Origin: Octopus vulgaris
Lineage: Eukaryota
NCBI GenBank assembly: GCA_951406725.2
Contig: OX597831.1
Span: forward strand, 58,156,001-58,220,000
DNA length: 64,000 bases
Direction of reading: 5' to 3'
Position numbers and translations under genes: made by a program. Positions 13,512-26,113 of this stretch are shown in pieces. Under the pieces are notes generated by a model. It did not search any database. It worked only from the letters and a program-made list of their open reading frames with translations, and was not told the origin of the DNA. Position 1 is the first letter of the stretch. Every line of letters starts with the position of its first letter.

Positions 13512-13590
<79 letters not shown>

Positions 13591-13800
13591 TTGTGTGTCT
13601 GTGTTTGTCTCCCCAGCATTGCTTGACAACCGATGCTGGTGTGTTTATGTCCCCGTCACTTAGCGGTTCGGCAAAAGAGACCGATAGAATAAGTACTGGG
13701 CTTACAAAGAATAAGTCCTGGGGTCGATTTGCTCGACTAAAGGCGGTGCTCCAGCATGGCCGCAGTCAAATGACTGAAACAAGTAAAAGAGTAAAGAGTA
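13447..13800 (+). mobile_element. SINE family A, 5'-truncated
   Basis: Similar to the family A consensus. Confidence 0.9.
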
Positions 13801-14189
13801 TACAGTACAGTACTGTTTCAACTTCGCGGATTTTCACCGAACGTGAGGGTTTTGGAATGTAACATCCGCGATAGTCAAGGGATTACTGTATTGTATTAGT
13901 GAAATTAGGACACAGTGCGAAGCAAAGACCAAAGTATGAAAGACACTTAAGTTTAGATCAAAGTTCAAGGCACAATAAACCCCAGAACAAAAAAAAAAAT
14001 GTACAGAGCATATAGCATTTATCGACAGAATTGGGCACCGCTGTTTGGATATGACACAGCTGACTGGACGTTGAACCTCTTTGTAGAGATAGAGCTTTTT
14101 GGTGATCGAGGTAAATACACACGCGTACGCACATGTGCACGTACAGAAATATACACATGCAGATAGAAAGAGAGGGAGAGTGTGTGTGT

Positions 14190-14243
<54 letters not shown>

Positions 14244-14399
14244 TATATATTTGCGTAAATGTAGAACGTTGGAATGAGTGCTCAATACCGCATTGGAATC
14301 GAACACCTTTCTCCATGTAATCGGTTTGAAAATTTTTAAGGTGCTTGGATATTTTCCTACTCTTCTTAACATGAAAGCAATGGTAGCCTTAACTCACAA

Positions 14400-14470
<71 letters not shown>

Positions 14471-14490
14471 ATGTATATGTATATGTATAT

Positions 14491-14564
<74 letters not shown>

Positions 14565-14701
14565 GAGGAAAAGGGAGAGAATGAGTGAAACATTCTGATG
14601 TAAAATAAATCAGCGTTGAATCAGCGATGCCGAATCAGAGGTGCCAAAACAGCTATGCCAGAGTCTTAAGTACTCGGCGTTTATGTATTTGATTGCAAGT
14701 C

Positions 14702-14732
<31 letters not shown>

Positions 14733-14819
14733 TGTATGTATGTATGTATGTATGTATGTATGTATGTATGTATGTATGTATGTATGTATGTGATATATCC
14801 GAAGCATCGTCCATTATTC

Positions 14820-15212
14820 CCCACCTTATAGAGTCACAATGTCAACTAACCTACATGATGCATAGGGTCTTTCAGCAAACAACCAAGAAAGCACGACTCT
14901 GTGTTTGGTAGCCTTGCTTAGCATACTCCATTGAGAAGTTCGTTAAATGTTGTGATAGTTGCCAGAGGTTTAGACCAAATCTAGTGAAGGTAAATGAGCC
15001 ATGGCCTATTTCTGGGCCCTGGGAAAGTGTTCACGTGGTTTGGGTATATATTCCAAGCATGGGCAATATTTTAGTTATTGCAGATGTATAGTCTACAAGG
15101 ATTGAAGCATTCGTATACTCTAACCGTTCAAATGAGGTTGTAAAAAAACAAGCTGATGTCTTATCTCGTTTTGGAGTACCCACCACCTTATTATCAGACA
15201 AAGAACCTAAAG
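14820..15212 (+). pseudogene. Gypsy-like LTR retrotransposon integrase relic, N-terminal half
   Basis: Translation ...KARLCVW*PCLAYSIEKFVKCCDSCQRF...PWPISGPWESVHV...SRFGVPTTLLSDKEPK (H2C2 zinc finger plus start of the rve domain, with stop codons). Confidence 0.8.
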
Positions 15213-15325
15213 TTAAGAAACACACAAAAACCGTTAGATTCACTTCAACATTTAAATTTAATTTGTCAAAATATTTTCGTCGCTTTGAGACCGCGATCTG
15301 TTCACTGACAAAATTCTGTACGGAA
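15213..15325 (-). mobile_element. Short hammerhead-bearing element (family P), partial copy
   Basis: Near-identical to 16205-16320 and to 32506-32701. Confidence 0.8.
15262..15312 (-). ncRNA. Minimal hammerhead motif, G3-C8 core variant
   Basis: TTTGTCA GTGAACA GATCGC GGTCTCAAA GCGAC GAAA ATATTT TGACAAA; one stem II mismatch. Confidence 0.6.
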
Positions 15326-15429
15326 TTTATTTTTCATCATCTAATGTTGTGCCAATAATTAAATTTAAACTATGTTTTATCAATATTACGTAACGACTAT
15401 CAAACTCTCAAGTTATACACGAGGAAATC

Positions 15430-16112
15430 CCAATGGATTATTCCTTCTCAAAATGTTTCGGTTTTTTACATCCTGTTGTAATTCAAGTACTTCGCCTAAA
15501 TTGTGGCCCTGATATAACTGAATTTCGATGACGTTCTGGTCTTCCTACAATTCCGTTCTTGTGTTTAATTTTAGAACTTGATATGACCGTTTGTTGAAGA
15601 CCCACATCTTCACCATTAGGCGTCTTTGCATAATCAGTTCGAAAAATTGCACTAGGCATGTCACTTATGTTAATCGATTCAGGTTCCCGAATATTAAGTT
15701 GTACAAATTGCTCAACTGCTACTAACCGTAAAGGATGACCCTCCATTTGAATCCATATGATATTTTTTCCAGCATGTAATACGTATTTTTGCTTTAAATG
15801 CAACTTTATCCAACGTGGTCTTGTGCATTATATCCTTACCTGATTCAAAGAATGGGTTTACTGCAATTATTAATTGTCTGTTCATCAGCTATTCAGCAGT
15901 TTATAACTTGAGGCACTTCAATGATTACATAAGATTTCATTCATGTTGTTGACGAAATTCCGTGCACTTTGATCAAAATGTCTGAGTACAGATTTTACAG
16001 TATGTACAGCCCTTTCAACGGAACTATTAAACACAGGACTATAAGAGGGTGTCTCTATCTTTCTACAACCCATTTGCAAACATGCTCTTTTTAGTATAAT
16101 AAATTTAGGTTT
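15430..16112 (-). pseudogene. Gypsy-like integrase relic, C-terminal half (inverted relative to the N-terminal half)
   Basis: KPKF...CLQMGCRKIETPSYSPVFNSSVERAVHTVKSVL resembles the rve Y.P.SNG..ER...T.K motif. Confidence 0.75.
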
Positions 16113-16131
16113 TACGGATTTGTACTTGCAT

Positions 16132-16320
16132 AGCAAGTAAACCTGACCTGAGATCGTGTGCTGGAACGAAAACAATTGCAGCGTTGAAGGTGTTTATAAG
16201 CCATTTAAGAAACACACAAAAACCGTTATATTCACTTCAACATTTAAATTTAATTTGTCAAAATATTTTCGTCGCTTTGAGACCGCGACCCGTTCACTGA
16301 CAAAATTCCGTACGGAATTT
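16132..16320 (-). mobile_element. Short hammerhead-bearing element (family P)
   Basis: Matches 32438-32701 and 15213-15325. Confidence 0.8.
16254..16304 (-). ncRNA. Minimal hammerhead motif, G3-C8 variant (A9 mutated to G in this copy)
   Basis: TTTGTCA GTGAACG GGTCGC GGTCTCAAA GCGAC GAAA ATATTT TGACAAA. Confidence 0.5.
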
Positions 16321-16503
16321 CCTCGTGAGTACTTGAGAGTTTGATAGTCGTTACACAACATCGATAAAACATAGTTTAAATTTAATTATTGGCACAACAT
16401 TAGATGATGAAAAATAAAGAACGATTTTGAGATTCAAATCTGTCACTGAATACAATTATCACAGTATGTTTGTATGAATATATATATGTGTGTGGGGGTT
16501 TGC

Positions 16504-16566
<63 letters not shown>

Positions 16567-16790
16567 AGCATGTATGTATGTATGTATATATTACATTTTG
16601 ATCTTACCCAAAAGGGCAACATATATAATTTCTAAGCCTTTTCTGGGGCATAACCCACACTGCAGCCCACCACTCTGATAAGGTGCCGCGTGGTCCAATA
16701 TGGACCAAATACATGTCGTAACTAACGTTATTGTCACTAAACTCGTGGACATCTTTATTTTTAACCTTGTATTGGTCGATATATATATAT

Positions 16791-16956
16791 AGGCGCAGGA
16801 GTGACTGTGTGGTAAGTAGCTTGCTTACCAACCACATGGTTCCGGGTTCAGTCCCACTGCGTGGCATCTTGGGCAAGTCTCTTCTGCTATAATCTCGGGC
16901 CGACCAATGCCTTGTGAGTGGATTTGGTAGACGGAAACTGAAAGAAGCCTGTCGTA

Positions 16957-17017
<61 letters not shown>

Positions 17018-17240
17018 GTGTGTATATGTTTGTGTGTCTGTGTTTGTCCCCCTAGCATTGCTTGACAACCGATGCTGGTGTGTTTACGTTCCCGTCACTT
17101 AGCGGTTCGGCAAAAGAGACCGATTGAATAAGTACTGGGCTTACAAAGAATAAATCCCGGGGTCGATTTGTTCGACTAAAGACGGTGCTCCAGCATGGCC
17201 GCAGTCAAATGACTGAAACAAATAAAAGAGAAAGAAAGAG
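16791..17240 (+). mobile_element. SINE family A, full length
   Basis: Matches the family A consensus. Confidence 0.92.
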
Positions 17241-17602
17241 AAACGATATATATATATATATATATTTCATATATTAAAAGGCAAGTTGTCTGTCTGTGTG
17301 TTGTGTGAACCACTTCTACTCATACAATTTTCAACCGAATTTCACCAAAGTTAACTTGTGTGCTCTCTTTGATTAGGACTCGTTTTCTTATAATTTTTAC
17401 CTCGAAATTCCGCGCCCCCAACATAAATAGACTACTCCCAATTCGACTAGGATTTGAACCCACCACGTCTATGCAATGGACGTTTTAAGAAATGTAACTC
17501 ACATGTGTAAAGACTTCAATCCGGTGTGAGAAAGATGGAACAACTGCAGAAAATTCCTCTAAGAGTTTATTAGTTGACATTCTGTTTAACATAACAATGT
17601 AT

Positions 17603-18205
17603 ACCTATTTCTTTATTACCCACAAGGGGCTAAACACAGAGATGACAAACAAGGACAGACAAACGGATTAAGTCGATTACATCGACTGAAGTACGTAACT
17701 GGTACTTAATTTATAGACCCCGAAAGGATGAAAAGCAAAGTCGACCTCGGCGGAATTTGAACTCAGAACGTAGCGGCAGACGAAATACCTATTTCTTTAC
17801 TACCCACAAGGGGCTAAACACAGAGAGGACAAACAAGGACAGACAGACGGATTAAGTGGATTATATCGACCCCAGTGCATAACTGGTACTTATTTAATTG
17901 ACCCCGAAAGGATGAAAGGCAAAGTCGACCTCGGCGGAATTTGAACTCAGAACGTAGCGGCAGACGAAATATCTATTTCTTTACTACCCACAAGGGGCTA
18001 AACACAGAAAGGACAAACAAGGACAGACAAACGAATTAAGTCGATTACACCGACCCCAGAGCGTAACTGGTACTTAATTTATCGACCCCGAAAGGATGAA
18101 AGGCTAAGTCGACCTCGGCGGAATTTGAACTCAGAACGTAACGGCAGACGAAATACGGCTACGCATTTCGCCCGGCGTGCTAACGTTTCTGCAGCTCGCC
18201 GCCTT
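17603..18205 (-). mobile_element. SINE family B: one head followed by three tandem ~184-bp body units
   Basis: Units are joined at AAATA|G(G/A)TATTTCGTCTG (plus strand about 17786 and 17970). Confidence 0.9.
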
Positions 18206-18319
18206 CTACAGAACTATATATACCACCTTAATTCAACGCATAATCTAACCAACATGCTTTATTCTCTAGGTCACTGCTCCTTCTGAACTTACCAGTCATC
18301 CCACTTCTCTTACTACAGT

Positions 18320-19235
18320 TCCATGGAAGATCTTGGTGTGTAGAGTTTTCAGGCACCTCCTCCACAGAGTCCTCTCAGAAGCACCCATCATTAGACTTCC
18401 CAGTTGGATTCTGAAGCATGATCAACTGAAGCTGTGAATATTATCCAGCCATCTCGTTCTTGGTCTACTCCTAGGTGTCCTATCAGCTTGAAGAGTCCAT
18501 CTTACAATTATTTCTCGCGTCATTTTAATCACATGTTCGGTAGTTACTGGAGCTTAGCGGTATTTCGTCTGACGCTACGTTCTGAGTTCAAATTCCGCCG
18601 AGGTCGACTTTGCCTTTCATCCTTTCGGGGTCGATTAAATAAGTACCTATTTCTTTATTACCCACAAGGGGCTAAACATAGAGGGGACAAACAAGGACAG
18701 ACATAGGTATTAAGTCGATTACATCGACCCCAGTGCATAACTGGTACTTAATTTATCAACCCCAGTGCATAACTGGTACTTAATTTATCGACCCCAGTGC
18801 ATAACTGGTACTTAATTTATCGACCCCGAAAGGATGAAATGCAAAGTCGACCTCAGCGGAATTTGAACTCAGAACGTAGCGGCAGACGAAATACGGCTAC
18901 GCATTTCGCCCGGCGTGCTAACGCTTCTGCCAGCTCGCCGCCTAAATAAGTACCAGTTACGCACTGAGGTCGATATAATCGACTTAATCCGTTTGTCCTG
19001 TCCTTGTTGGTCCCCTCTATGTTTAGCCCCTTATGGGTAGTAAAGAAATCGGTAGTACTGGAGCTGTGACGGAAAAGTAGCGGCTTGACCTAGAAAGACC
19101 GACTCCCAGGTCTCCAAGCTATCCACCCTGTCGAATAATGTTACTCCAGAGATCTTTCAGATCCATCACATTTTGTCCGCTTGTATTCTCCATCGAACTT
19201 TTTCGGCCATTACCCAACACTCACGATGGTGAATT
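18320..19235 (-). mobile_element. RTE-clade LINE 3' fragment interrupted by nested SINE B copies
   Basis: Homologous to 20985-21430; TSD ggtag(t)tactggagct at 18539-18554 and 19051-19065. Confidence 0.7.
18555..19050 (+). mobile_element. SINE B (outer copy) containing an antisense SINE B (18648-18942)
   Basis: The inner copy is flanked by TSD taaataagtacc (18636-18647 and 18943-18954). Confidence 0.9.
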
Positions 19236-19727
19236 AGATAACTGAATACCCCTACCGACCCAGACACTTTCATCCCCTTTCATTTTGTAATCTCTAGTGT
19301 CTTCATTATTTCCATTTTCTTTATTACCTACTTTGGTGAAAGCGTGTGGGGATTAGTGGTTAGGTTCATTGATGTCCTAATTATTCACAGAATTTTCTGT
19401 TTTCTGAGAATTTTGCTATTCTGGGGAAAACGCCGTTCGTATGAATTTCAATATTTAGTTTAGCAGCACTAAAAATATCAGCAACGAACAATGTAATGTG
19501 TATCTAGTGATTCAGTGTGTTAAACCTCTCAACAGGAAATGTCACTGTAAAACAGAATCATAGAACTGTCTCTCAAATAGCAGCATGTACAGAGAACTCG
19601 TTACAAAACAATAGTATTACGTCATCATACCTTCGAGATTTTAGAGCATTTACGACACTTATACTTCAACGTTTCTGTTACATTAAACATCTACTAAAGT
19701 CTAAGTGAAATATATTTTAACTATAAA

Positions 19728-19957
19728 AGGCGGTGAGCTGGCAGAACCGTTAGCACGCCGGGCGAAATGCGTAGCCGTATTTCGTCTGTCGTTACGTTCT
19801 GAGTTCAAATTCCGCCGAGGTCGACTTTGTCTTTCATCCTTTCGAGGTCGATAAATTAAGTACCAGTTACGCACTGGGGTCGATGTAGTCGACTTAATCC
19901 CTTTGTCTGTCCTTGTTTGTCCCCTCTGTGTTTAGCCCCTTGTGGGCAAAAAAGAAA
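19728..19957 (+). mobile_element. SINE family B, full length
   Basis: A-box TGGCAGAACCG, B-box GAGTTCAAATTC; TSD atatattttaactataa. Confidence 0.92.
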
Positions 19958-20184
19958 CATATATTTTAACTATAATTCCATCAGTGCTGCAATTAATGGT
20001 AAACGTTTGTGTGTTACGTGTTCAATCCATAAAATCACACTAAATCGAGTATAATTTTCCATTCAGTCTAAATAATCGCGAACATTATAGATACATTTTT
20101 TACAACGTTTGAGTAAATGACAGCATTCGAGAATAAATGAATAAAAAAGCATTTGGTCACTGCAACTTTCTTATATATAATACC

Positions 20185-20580
20185 GTGGAGGCGCAATGGC
20201 CCAGTGGTTAGGGCAGCGGACTCGCGGTCATAGGATCGCGGTTTCGATTCCCAGACCGGGCGTTGTGAGTGTTTATTGAGCGAAAACACTTAAAGCTCCA
20301 CGACGCTCCAGCAGGGGATGGTGGTAATTCCTGCTGTACTCTTTCCCCACAACTTTCTCTCACTCTTACTTCCTGTTTCTGTTGTACCTGTATTTCAAAG
20401 GGCCGGCCTTGTCACTCTCTGTGTCACGCTGAATATCCCCGAGAACTACGTTAAGGGTACACGTGTCTGTGGAGTGCTCAGCCACTTACACGTTAATTTC
20501 ACGAGCAGGCTGTTCCGTTGATTCGGATCAACCGGAACCCTCATCGTCGTAACCGACGGAGTGCAAAAGAAAAGAAAAAG
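20185..20580 (+). mobile_element. tRNA-derived SINE, head C + tail 1
   Basis: TGGCCCAGTGG and GTTTCGATTCCC boxes; TSD atataatacc (20175-20184 and 20581-20590). Confidence 0.9.
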
Positions 20581-20984
20581 ATATAATACCACGGTGATTC
20601 ATAATTAGCGAGGACGGTTTAAATAAAAGGAAATAAGAACGACTTTCCGTGAGATTTATCGAAATAACTCTTTGTGGTATCTTCAGCCGTTTTAATATCT
20701 GAAGACAAAAGAAAATGACACAACCTCCTGTAATATCTGATAGAGCTCTTGTTTTTGTTAGATTTATCCACCTTTCTTTCAGGTTTATCGGCAAAATTCC
20801 AGAACATTTAACGGGAATGTTTTTCACTCACCAATCAATCAATCTGATTGGCTGAGTCACAATCGAGTGAGTTTACTGCCTTTTATAGCAACCGTAGTCC
20901 GAAGTTTTGATTGTTCAAACCACGCTTCGGTAGTCCCCTTGTAGTGAGTTTCTTATAGTACAAAGGGAATGAAAACTTATGTAT

Positions 20985-22345
20985 CAATCCACCTTGTCCA
21001 CCCAACATTTCTGGGAGGGTTGTGGTTATAGACTGCTCAGGCACCTCCTCCATAGCGTCCAATCAGCAGCAACTTCCATGACATTTTCCTGCTAGATTCC
21101 CGAGCGTTGCTAAATGAGACTGGATATTATCTGACCATCCCGTCCTTGGTCTCCCTCTAGGTCACCTGCGGATTGACTCGACTTGGAGAAAACGTCTTGC
21201 GATTCTCTCCCGCGGTATTCTAATCACATGTCTGTAGTATTGGAGCTGTGATCTCTCAGTGCAGAGAAATACTGACTTGACCTGGAAATACTCCCTGATC
21301 ATTGAGCTACACACCCTATCAAGTAACATTACTCCAGAGACCCTTACGAGGAATCCCATTTAAGCTGCTTGTATTTGCGTTCGTAATTTTTCGGTCAGTA
21401 TCCAACATTCATTACCACAAGTAAGGGTAAGTATGAAAACCGAATTGAAGATAACAAGTTCGACTTTTTTTACCAACCTTTCTGCTTCCAAGGATCGAAT
21501 GTTGGAACTGGCACATTATTATACGATCATCTGTAATTATAGCATTAAATTCAGTCTTTTTGCTTCCAATTACTCAGGAATACAACGCCAAGATACTTAA
21601 CCTTCTCCACTTGTCTCAGTGGTGTTTCGCTGACATGCAGAGAGTTCTAGGAAGACTATCTTCAGAGCATTAATGTCTCAGTCTTCGCAACATTAATTCT
21701 CATCCCTGCCTTTCAGCGCTCAGCAACGAAACTATTGTGGAGGCACATGGCCTAGTGGTTAGAGCAGCGGACTCACGGTCGAGGGATCGAGGGTTCGAAT
21801 CTCAGACCGGGCGATGTGTGTGTTTATGAGCGAAACACCTAAGCTCCACGCAGCTCCGGCAGAAGGTAATGGCGAAACTTCTGCTGATTTTTTCACCACA
21901 ACGTTCTCTCACTCTTTCCTCTTGCATCTTGCAGCTCACCTGCGACGGACCGGCGTCCCGTCCAGGTGGGGAACTTATACGCCAAGAAACCGGGAAACCG
22001 GCCCTTATGAGCCAGGCATTGGTCGAGAAGGAACAAACAACGAAGCCATTCAATATGTTCTAAAGACCCTCTTCCGATGAGCTAAGTAGCATCATGTTGT
22101 CTTCAAATAACAGCCGACCGATCCTACACTCACTGATTGGGATACCAATTCCACAGAGATTGCGCATGACAACCCAGTTCATAAAAATTACGAAAAAGAG
22201 AGGTGACAAATTGCATCGTTGTAAGGTTTCGACTTAGCTATTTACCCGAACATAAACACCTGGGCCTTCGTATAGGGACTTGACCGCTACCAGAAGTTTA
22301 CCCATTAATCCCAAACTCCTGCACAATCCTCGACAACATGTGGAA
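20985..22345 (-). mobile_element. RTE-clade (Rex3/Expander-like) LINE, degenerate RT and C-terminus
   Basis: LSPLFFVIFMNW...RLLFEDNMMLL (RT motifs) and LTCGNECWILTEKLRTQIQAA*MGFLVRVSG...ERSQLQYYRHVIRI...PRGRPRTGW. Confidence 0.85.
21737..22040 (+). mobile_element. tRNA-derived SINE, head C + tail 2, inserted in the RTE element
   Basis: Near-identical to 56268-56578. Confidence 0.9.
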
Positions 22346-22425
22346 AACATTTTTGAATTAACAACAAAAAACAAATACATCATATAACATATAAATCATA
22401 GACTTGACCGTGTTTTGCTAAAGTA

Positions 22426-22991
22426 TTGGGTTGTCCGGAAAGTTCGTGCCGATTTATAGCAGCTTACCTTTCGACTTATTTTAGAACATGGTCGAGTCCA
22501 TAAAATAGGATTTGACTTCACCTCCATTCAGAGCACAGTTTAAGCTATCTTTTCGTGGAAGAAGGTTTATGTTCCTATAACCTGTGTTAATTCTGTAACC
22601 CTTTAAAATGGAAGATAAGAAAGTTCATTTTCGGCACTTGATGCTTTAGGAACCAGACAAAAATTGCTGCAGCTCGGCTGGGATATGTTAACCCACCCTC
22701 CATTTTCACCAGATATTGCTCCTTCGGATTTCCACTTATTCAGGTCTCTGCAGAATAGTCTTAATGGTAAAAATTTCAATTCTTTGGGTGACGTAAAAAG
22801 ATACCTTGATGAACTCTTTGCCATGAAACCACCTCAGTTCTTGGATGAGGGTATTTTCAAGTTAAAGGAAAGATGGAGATGCATTGTGCAACAAAATGGT
22901 TCATATTTGGTTGATTGAAAATGTAATGGCAAGTATTTATTGACCTTTTTCTTTCCTTTAAAAATCGGCACGAACTTTCCGGACAACTCAA
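22426..22991 (+). mobile_element. Internally deleted mariner (mellifera-subfamily-like)
   Basis: 30-bp TIRs TTGGGTTGTCCGGAAAGTTCGTGCCGATTT (1 mismatch) and TA TSD. MEDKKVHFRHLML is fused to ...HPPFSPDIAPSDFHLFRSLQNSLNGKNF. Confidence 0.93.
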
Positions 22992-23329
22992 TAGTTAGAG
23001 AAGACACACTGGTTAAATGTACAACAGTATATCATGGTTGCAGCAGAAAATGGAGTTGTTTAGAGTAATGGGTCTTAGATTTTTGATTTTTTTGATTATT
23101 GGGGATGAAACAAAAACAAAAAAAATTCGTCCTATTTTTCTGGACTGCCATGTTAGCTTGGCGATAACTATAATATCCAGTACCACTACCGTAGTCTCCT
23201 TTAGAGAGACTATGAAATATGAATATTTCTATTTTTGAAAACCAGTGGAGGTAGAGGACCAGCACATAGAGGTCTAGAGATTGAACTCTTATAATGGATT
23301 GTTGTTCAGCGTGCAAACAATATAATTGT

Positions 23330-24265
23330 AAATTATCGCCGTTTACGGGAATATGCTTTTGAATTAGTAAAAAGGTTTGGAATTGGAATGAACAGCTTTA
23401 GATGTTCTGATAAATGGATTTTCAATTTTATGAAACGGAATAAACTGACTGTGAGAAAGATTACACATGTTGATCAAGCAGACAATAAAACACTCGGAGA
23501 AAAAACACAAATCGCCAGTGACTATTTAGATATCATTCCAGTATTAACAGCAGATAAGGATGCTGGCCAGATTTATAATATGAACGAAACACCTAAAACA
23601 ACGTTGGCATGTTTAGTTCAACAACCATAGACTTTTCTGGCAATAAAAATGTAGATGCTAGCCACTGTGGTGCTACCAAAGCCCGTTTTACTGCTGTGTT
23701 GTGTGTTAATGCTGCAGGAAAGGTGTTGAAAACAATGATTATCCTTAAAGGATTAAAACACGTGCCTAAAATCAAGATCCCAAAGAATATTTACATAACA
23801 GTCTCCAACAGGGGATCAATCACATATGAACTCATGCAGGTGTGGGCTGACAAAGTGTTTGGGAAGAGAACAGCACAACTATTCCATGCTCAAAATTCAG
23901 TACTATTCATGGATGAATGCTCAGTGCACAAGAAAACAGAGCTCCGAGAAGTGTTCAAACGTAGGAATACAATTCTCAAACTTATACCTCCTAAAACAAC
24001 ATCTTACTTGCAGCCATTAGATGTATCAATTATTGGTCTTTTCAAGAAAACTCTTCGTGCTGAATGGGAGAATTGGTTTTCAAACGGCAAAAAGGAGTAT
24101 ACAAATAAAGGGTGTCGTAAAAAACCTTCTTATCAAGAGATAGTGAACTTTGCGACCCAAGCTGTTACCACTTTGAATAAAGAAACTATAAAGCGTGCTT
24201 TTGAATGTTGTGGAATTGCTCCTCTTAGACAGACTGTAGAACATTGCCTCTTAGACTCAGGCTAA
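23330..24265 (+). pseudogene. pogo-family transposase pseudogene (frameshifted near 23600)
   Basis: ORFs 23388-23630 and 23609-24265. Confidence 0.85.
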
Positions 24266-24591
24266 CAGGATATTTTGTCTTGCCTTGAGGTAAATGCACC
24301 AGATGCACATAATGACAGAATTGAAGAAGATAAGATTACAAGTAAGTGCAATTAGCTCTGATGTGAATTATGGCCAAGCAACAAATGAAGAAATTCGTGA
24401 TATTTAACTTGAAACTATTCGGTTATTATTCTATTATAAATACCCAAGGACATTATTTGTTCATACGAAGCTTCTATTCATGTTTTCAATAATTTAATGT
24501 TCAAAATTTCCTAATAGAACCATTGTTAACTTCAGAATATTTTTTAATGTGCTACTTCTTTTAAGGCTGCTTCAGTTTCTTTATGTCTATA

Positions 24592-24983
24592 CTAGCAGTA
24601 TCGCCCGGTGTTGCTCGGGTTTGTAAGGGAAATAACTATATAAGCATTTTTAGAGATGTAAAGTATAATAGCCATCTCAATATGGCTAACCACAAAGAGG
24701 GGTGTTACTGTAGCTTTTTACGTTCTGAGATTTAATAATACATTTTTAGAGAGTTACTTCCCTTATATAATAGCAAAAATGCATTAAAAATGGGAAAAAA
24801 AGATGGTAAATTTTTTTTAAATCGTAGACTCATCGTAGACGCGCGCTAATACCCAGAAGGGCTCGATATGAATCACTACTATAAGATACCCGCTTCTGGT
24901 TACACTGCACCGCAAAATGTGGGAGTAGTTAGGAATCTAAATCGTAGGAGACAGACACACAACTTCACTTTTATATATAAAGA
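24592..24983 (-). mobile_element. Non-autonomous Helitron (same family as 4362-4753)
   Basis: TC...hairpin-CTAG termini at an AT target. Confidence 0.88.
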
Positions 24984-25591
24984 TATCTGGTAACTGAAAC
25001 GATAGAAGTTCAATGGAATTGTATAAAATAAATATGGTTTTTGAGAATACCTTTGTTTTTCCTAGGTGAAATATTTTACTTCCATATTACCACCCATGAG
25101 CGCTTATTATAGGTGGGCGGTTATTTAAGCCGAAAAATAGTTTTATAATATAGAATTTTCCGTTTAACAGCCCTGGGCGGACTTTCGGAAAATCCCGGTA
25201 TATGCAAAAGTTGAAAAGTGGAAGAAATTGGAGACGGATATATCAAATACGCATTTCCACCTTCTATTTTGTCTTTTCAAAAATTTATTCAGAATATCTT
25301 GCCTCCAACAATGGTTTCTACAAATTTGTTCCCCACACAGCTTTTTAAAATTCCGAGTAACCCTACTTACTTCACTCCAGTTTCTGTTTCACTTTTTGAA
25401 AATATTTTTGGGGAAATTTCACATGGAACTGATACTTAGCGTTTGAATTGTTTCTTAGTTTTCAATTATAATTCCATTCAAATCCAACATACAATATACT
25501 AGTAATTTCAATAAGAACAAACGGAACCCCACTCGGGATTGTGCGGATTGAAAAAGGTAGTGGTAGTGGTGGTGAGGGCTGTAAATCGTCA

Positions 25592-26113
25592 TCTCTCTCT
25601 ATATGAACGGCAGTTTGTCTGATGTGTGTCTGTGCGTCTGTCAGGTTGTACCGTCACTCTGACCACGGCTTTCAACCGATTCTGATGAAACTTGACACAC
25701 ACATAGCCCAATGTCATAATTCAAAACTAACGCAGCGAAAATTTTGAAAAGTTCCCCCAGTTCTGAAAAATATCAATAAATTCGACATGGGGTCGAGAAT
25801 CTAAGCTTTTTATTTGCAATACATTTTCTGTTGTAGTTTTCGCAACTTGCAATCGATTTTCACCAAACTCATGGTGAAGCTTAATGTTACCATAAGAAAC
25901 TTAATTCTGACGTTAGTTTTTCATGCAATACCTTACCATCAGAAAAAATCGATAAAATCATGCCATTTTGGGAAATCGCGTTCAATTTCAAGATGACATA
26001 TTTTCGACAATATCTTTCACAAATTGGCAGGAATTTTTTAAAAATTCACAGCGAGCATCATGTCTACTCCAGGGGCTCTTACATACCCGGGCAATGCCGG
26101 GCTATGCTGCTAG
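25592..26113 (+). mobile_element. Non-autonomous Helitron, second family
   Basis: A|TCTCTCTCTATATG...CCCGGGCAATGCCGGG...CTAG|T. Confidence 0.85.

Larger units (their letters stand above)
23187..25200 (+). mobile_element. pogo/Tigger-like DNA transposon relic; outer boundaries approximate
   Basis: CENP-B-type HTH (FRCSDKWIFNFMKRNKL) and DDE_1 motifs (YNMNETP, RFTAVLC, LFMDECSVH, TSYLQPLDV); right end ...GGAAAATCCCGGTA. Confidence 0.75.

Noticed and set aside
16670-16725. Hammerhead-like CTGATAA...GGTCC-GGACC...ACATGTC
   Set aside because: The core, GAAA and stem I are all imperfect; at best a decayed relic.
17603-18205. Retrozyme interpretation of the SINE B tandem units
   Set aside because: No hammerhead core was found on either strand of the 184-bp unit.
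20185-20260. tRNA gene-like sequences (also 21737, 34411, 49394, 56268)
   Set aside because: They are SINE heads continuing into repeat bodies, with TSDs in most copies, and do not form complete cloverleaves.
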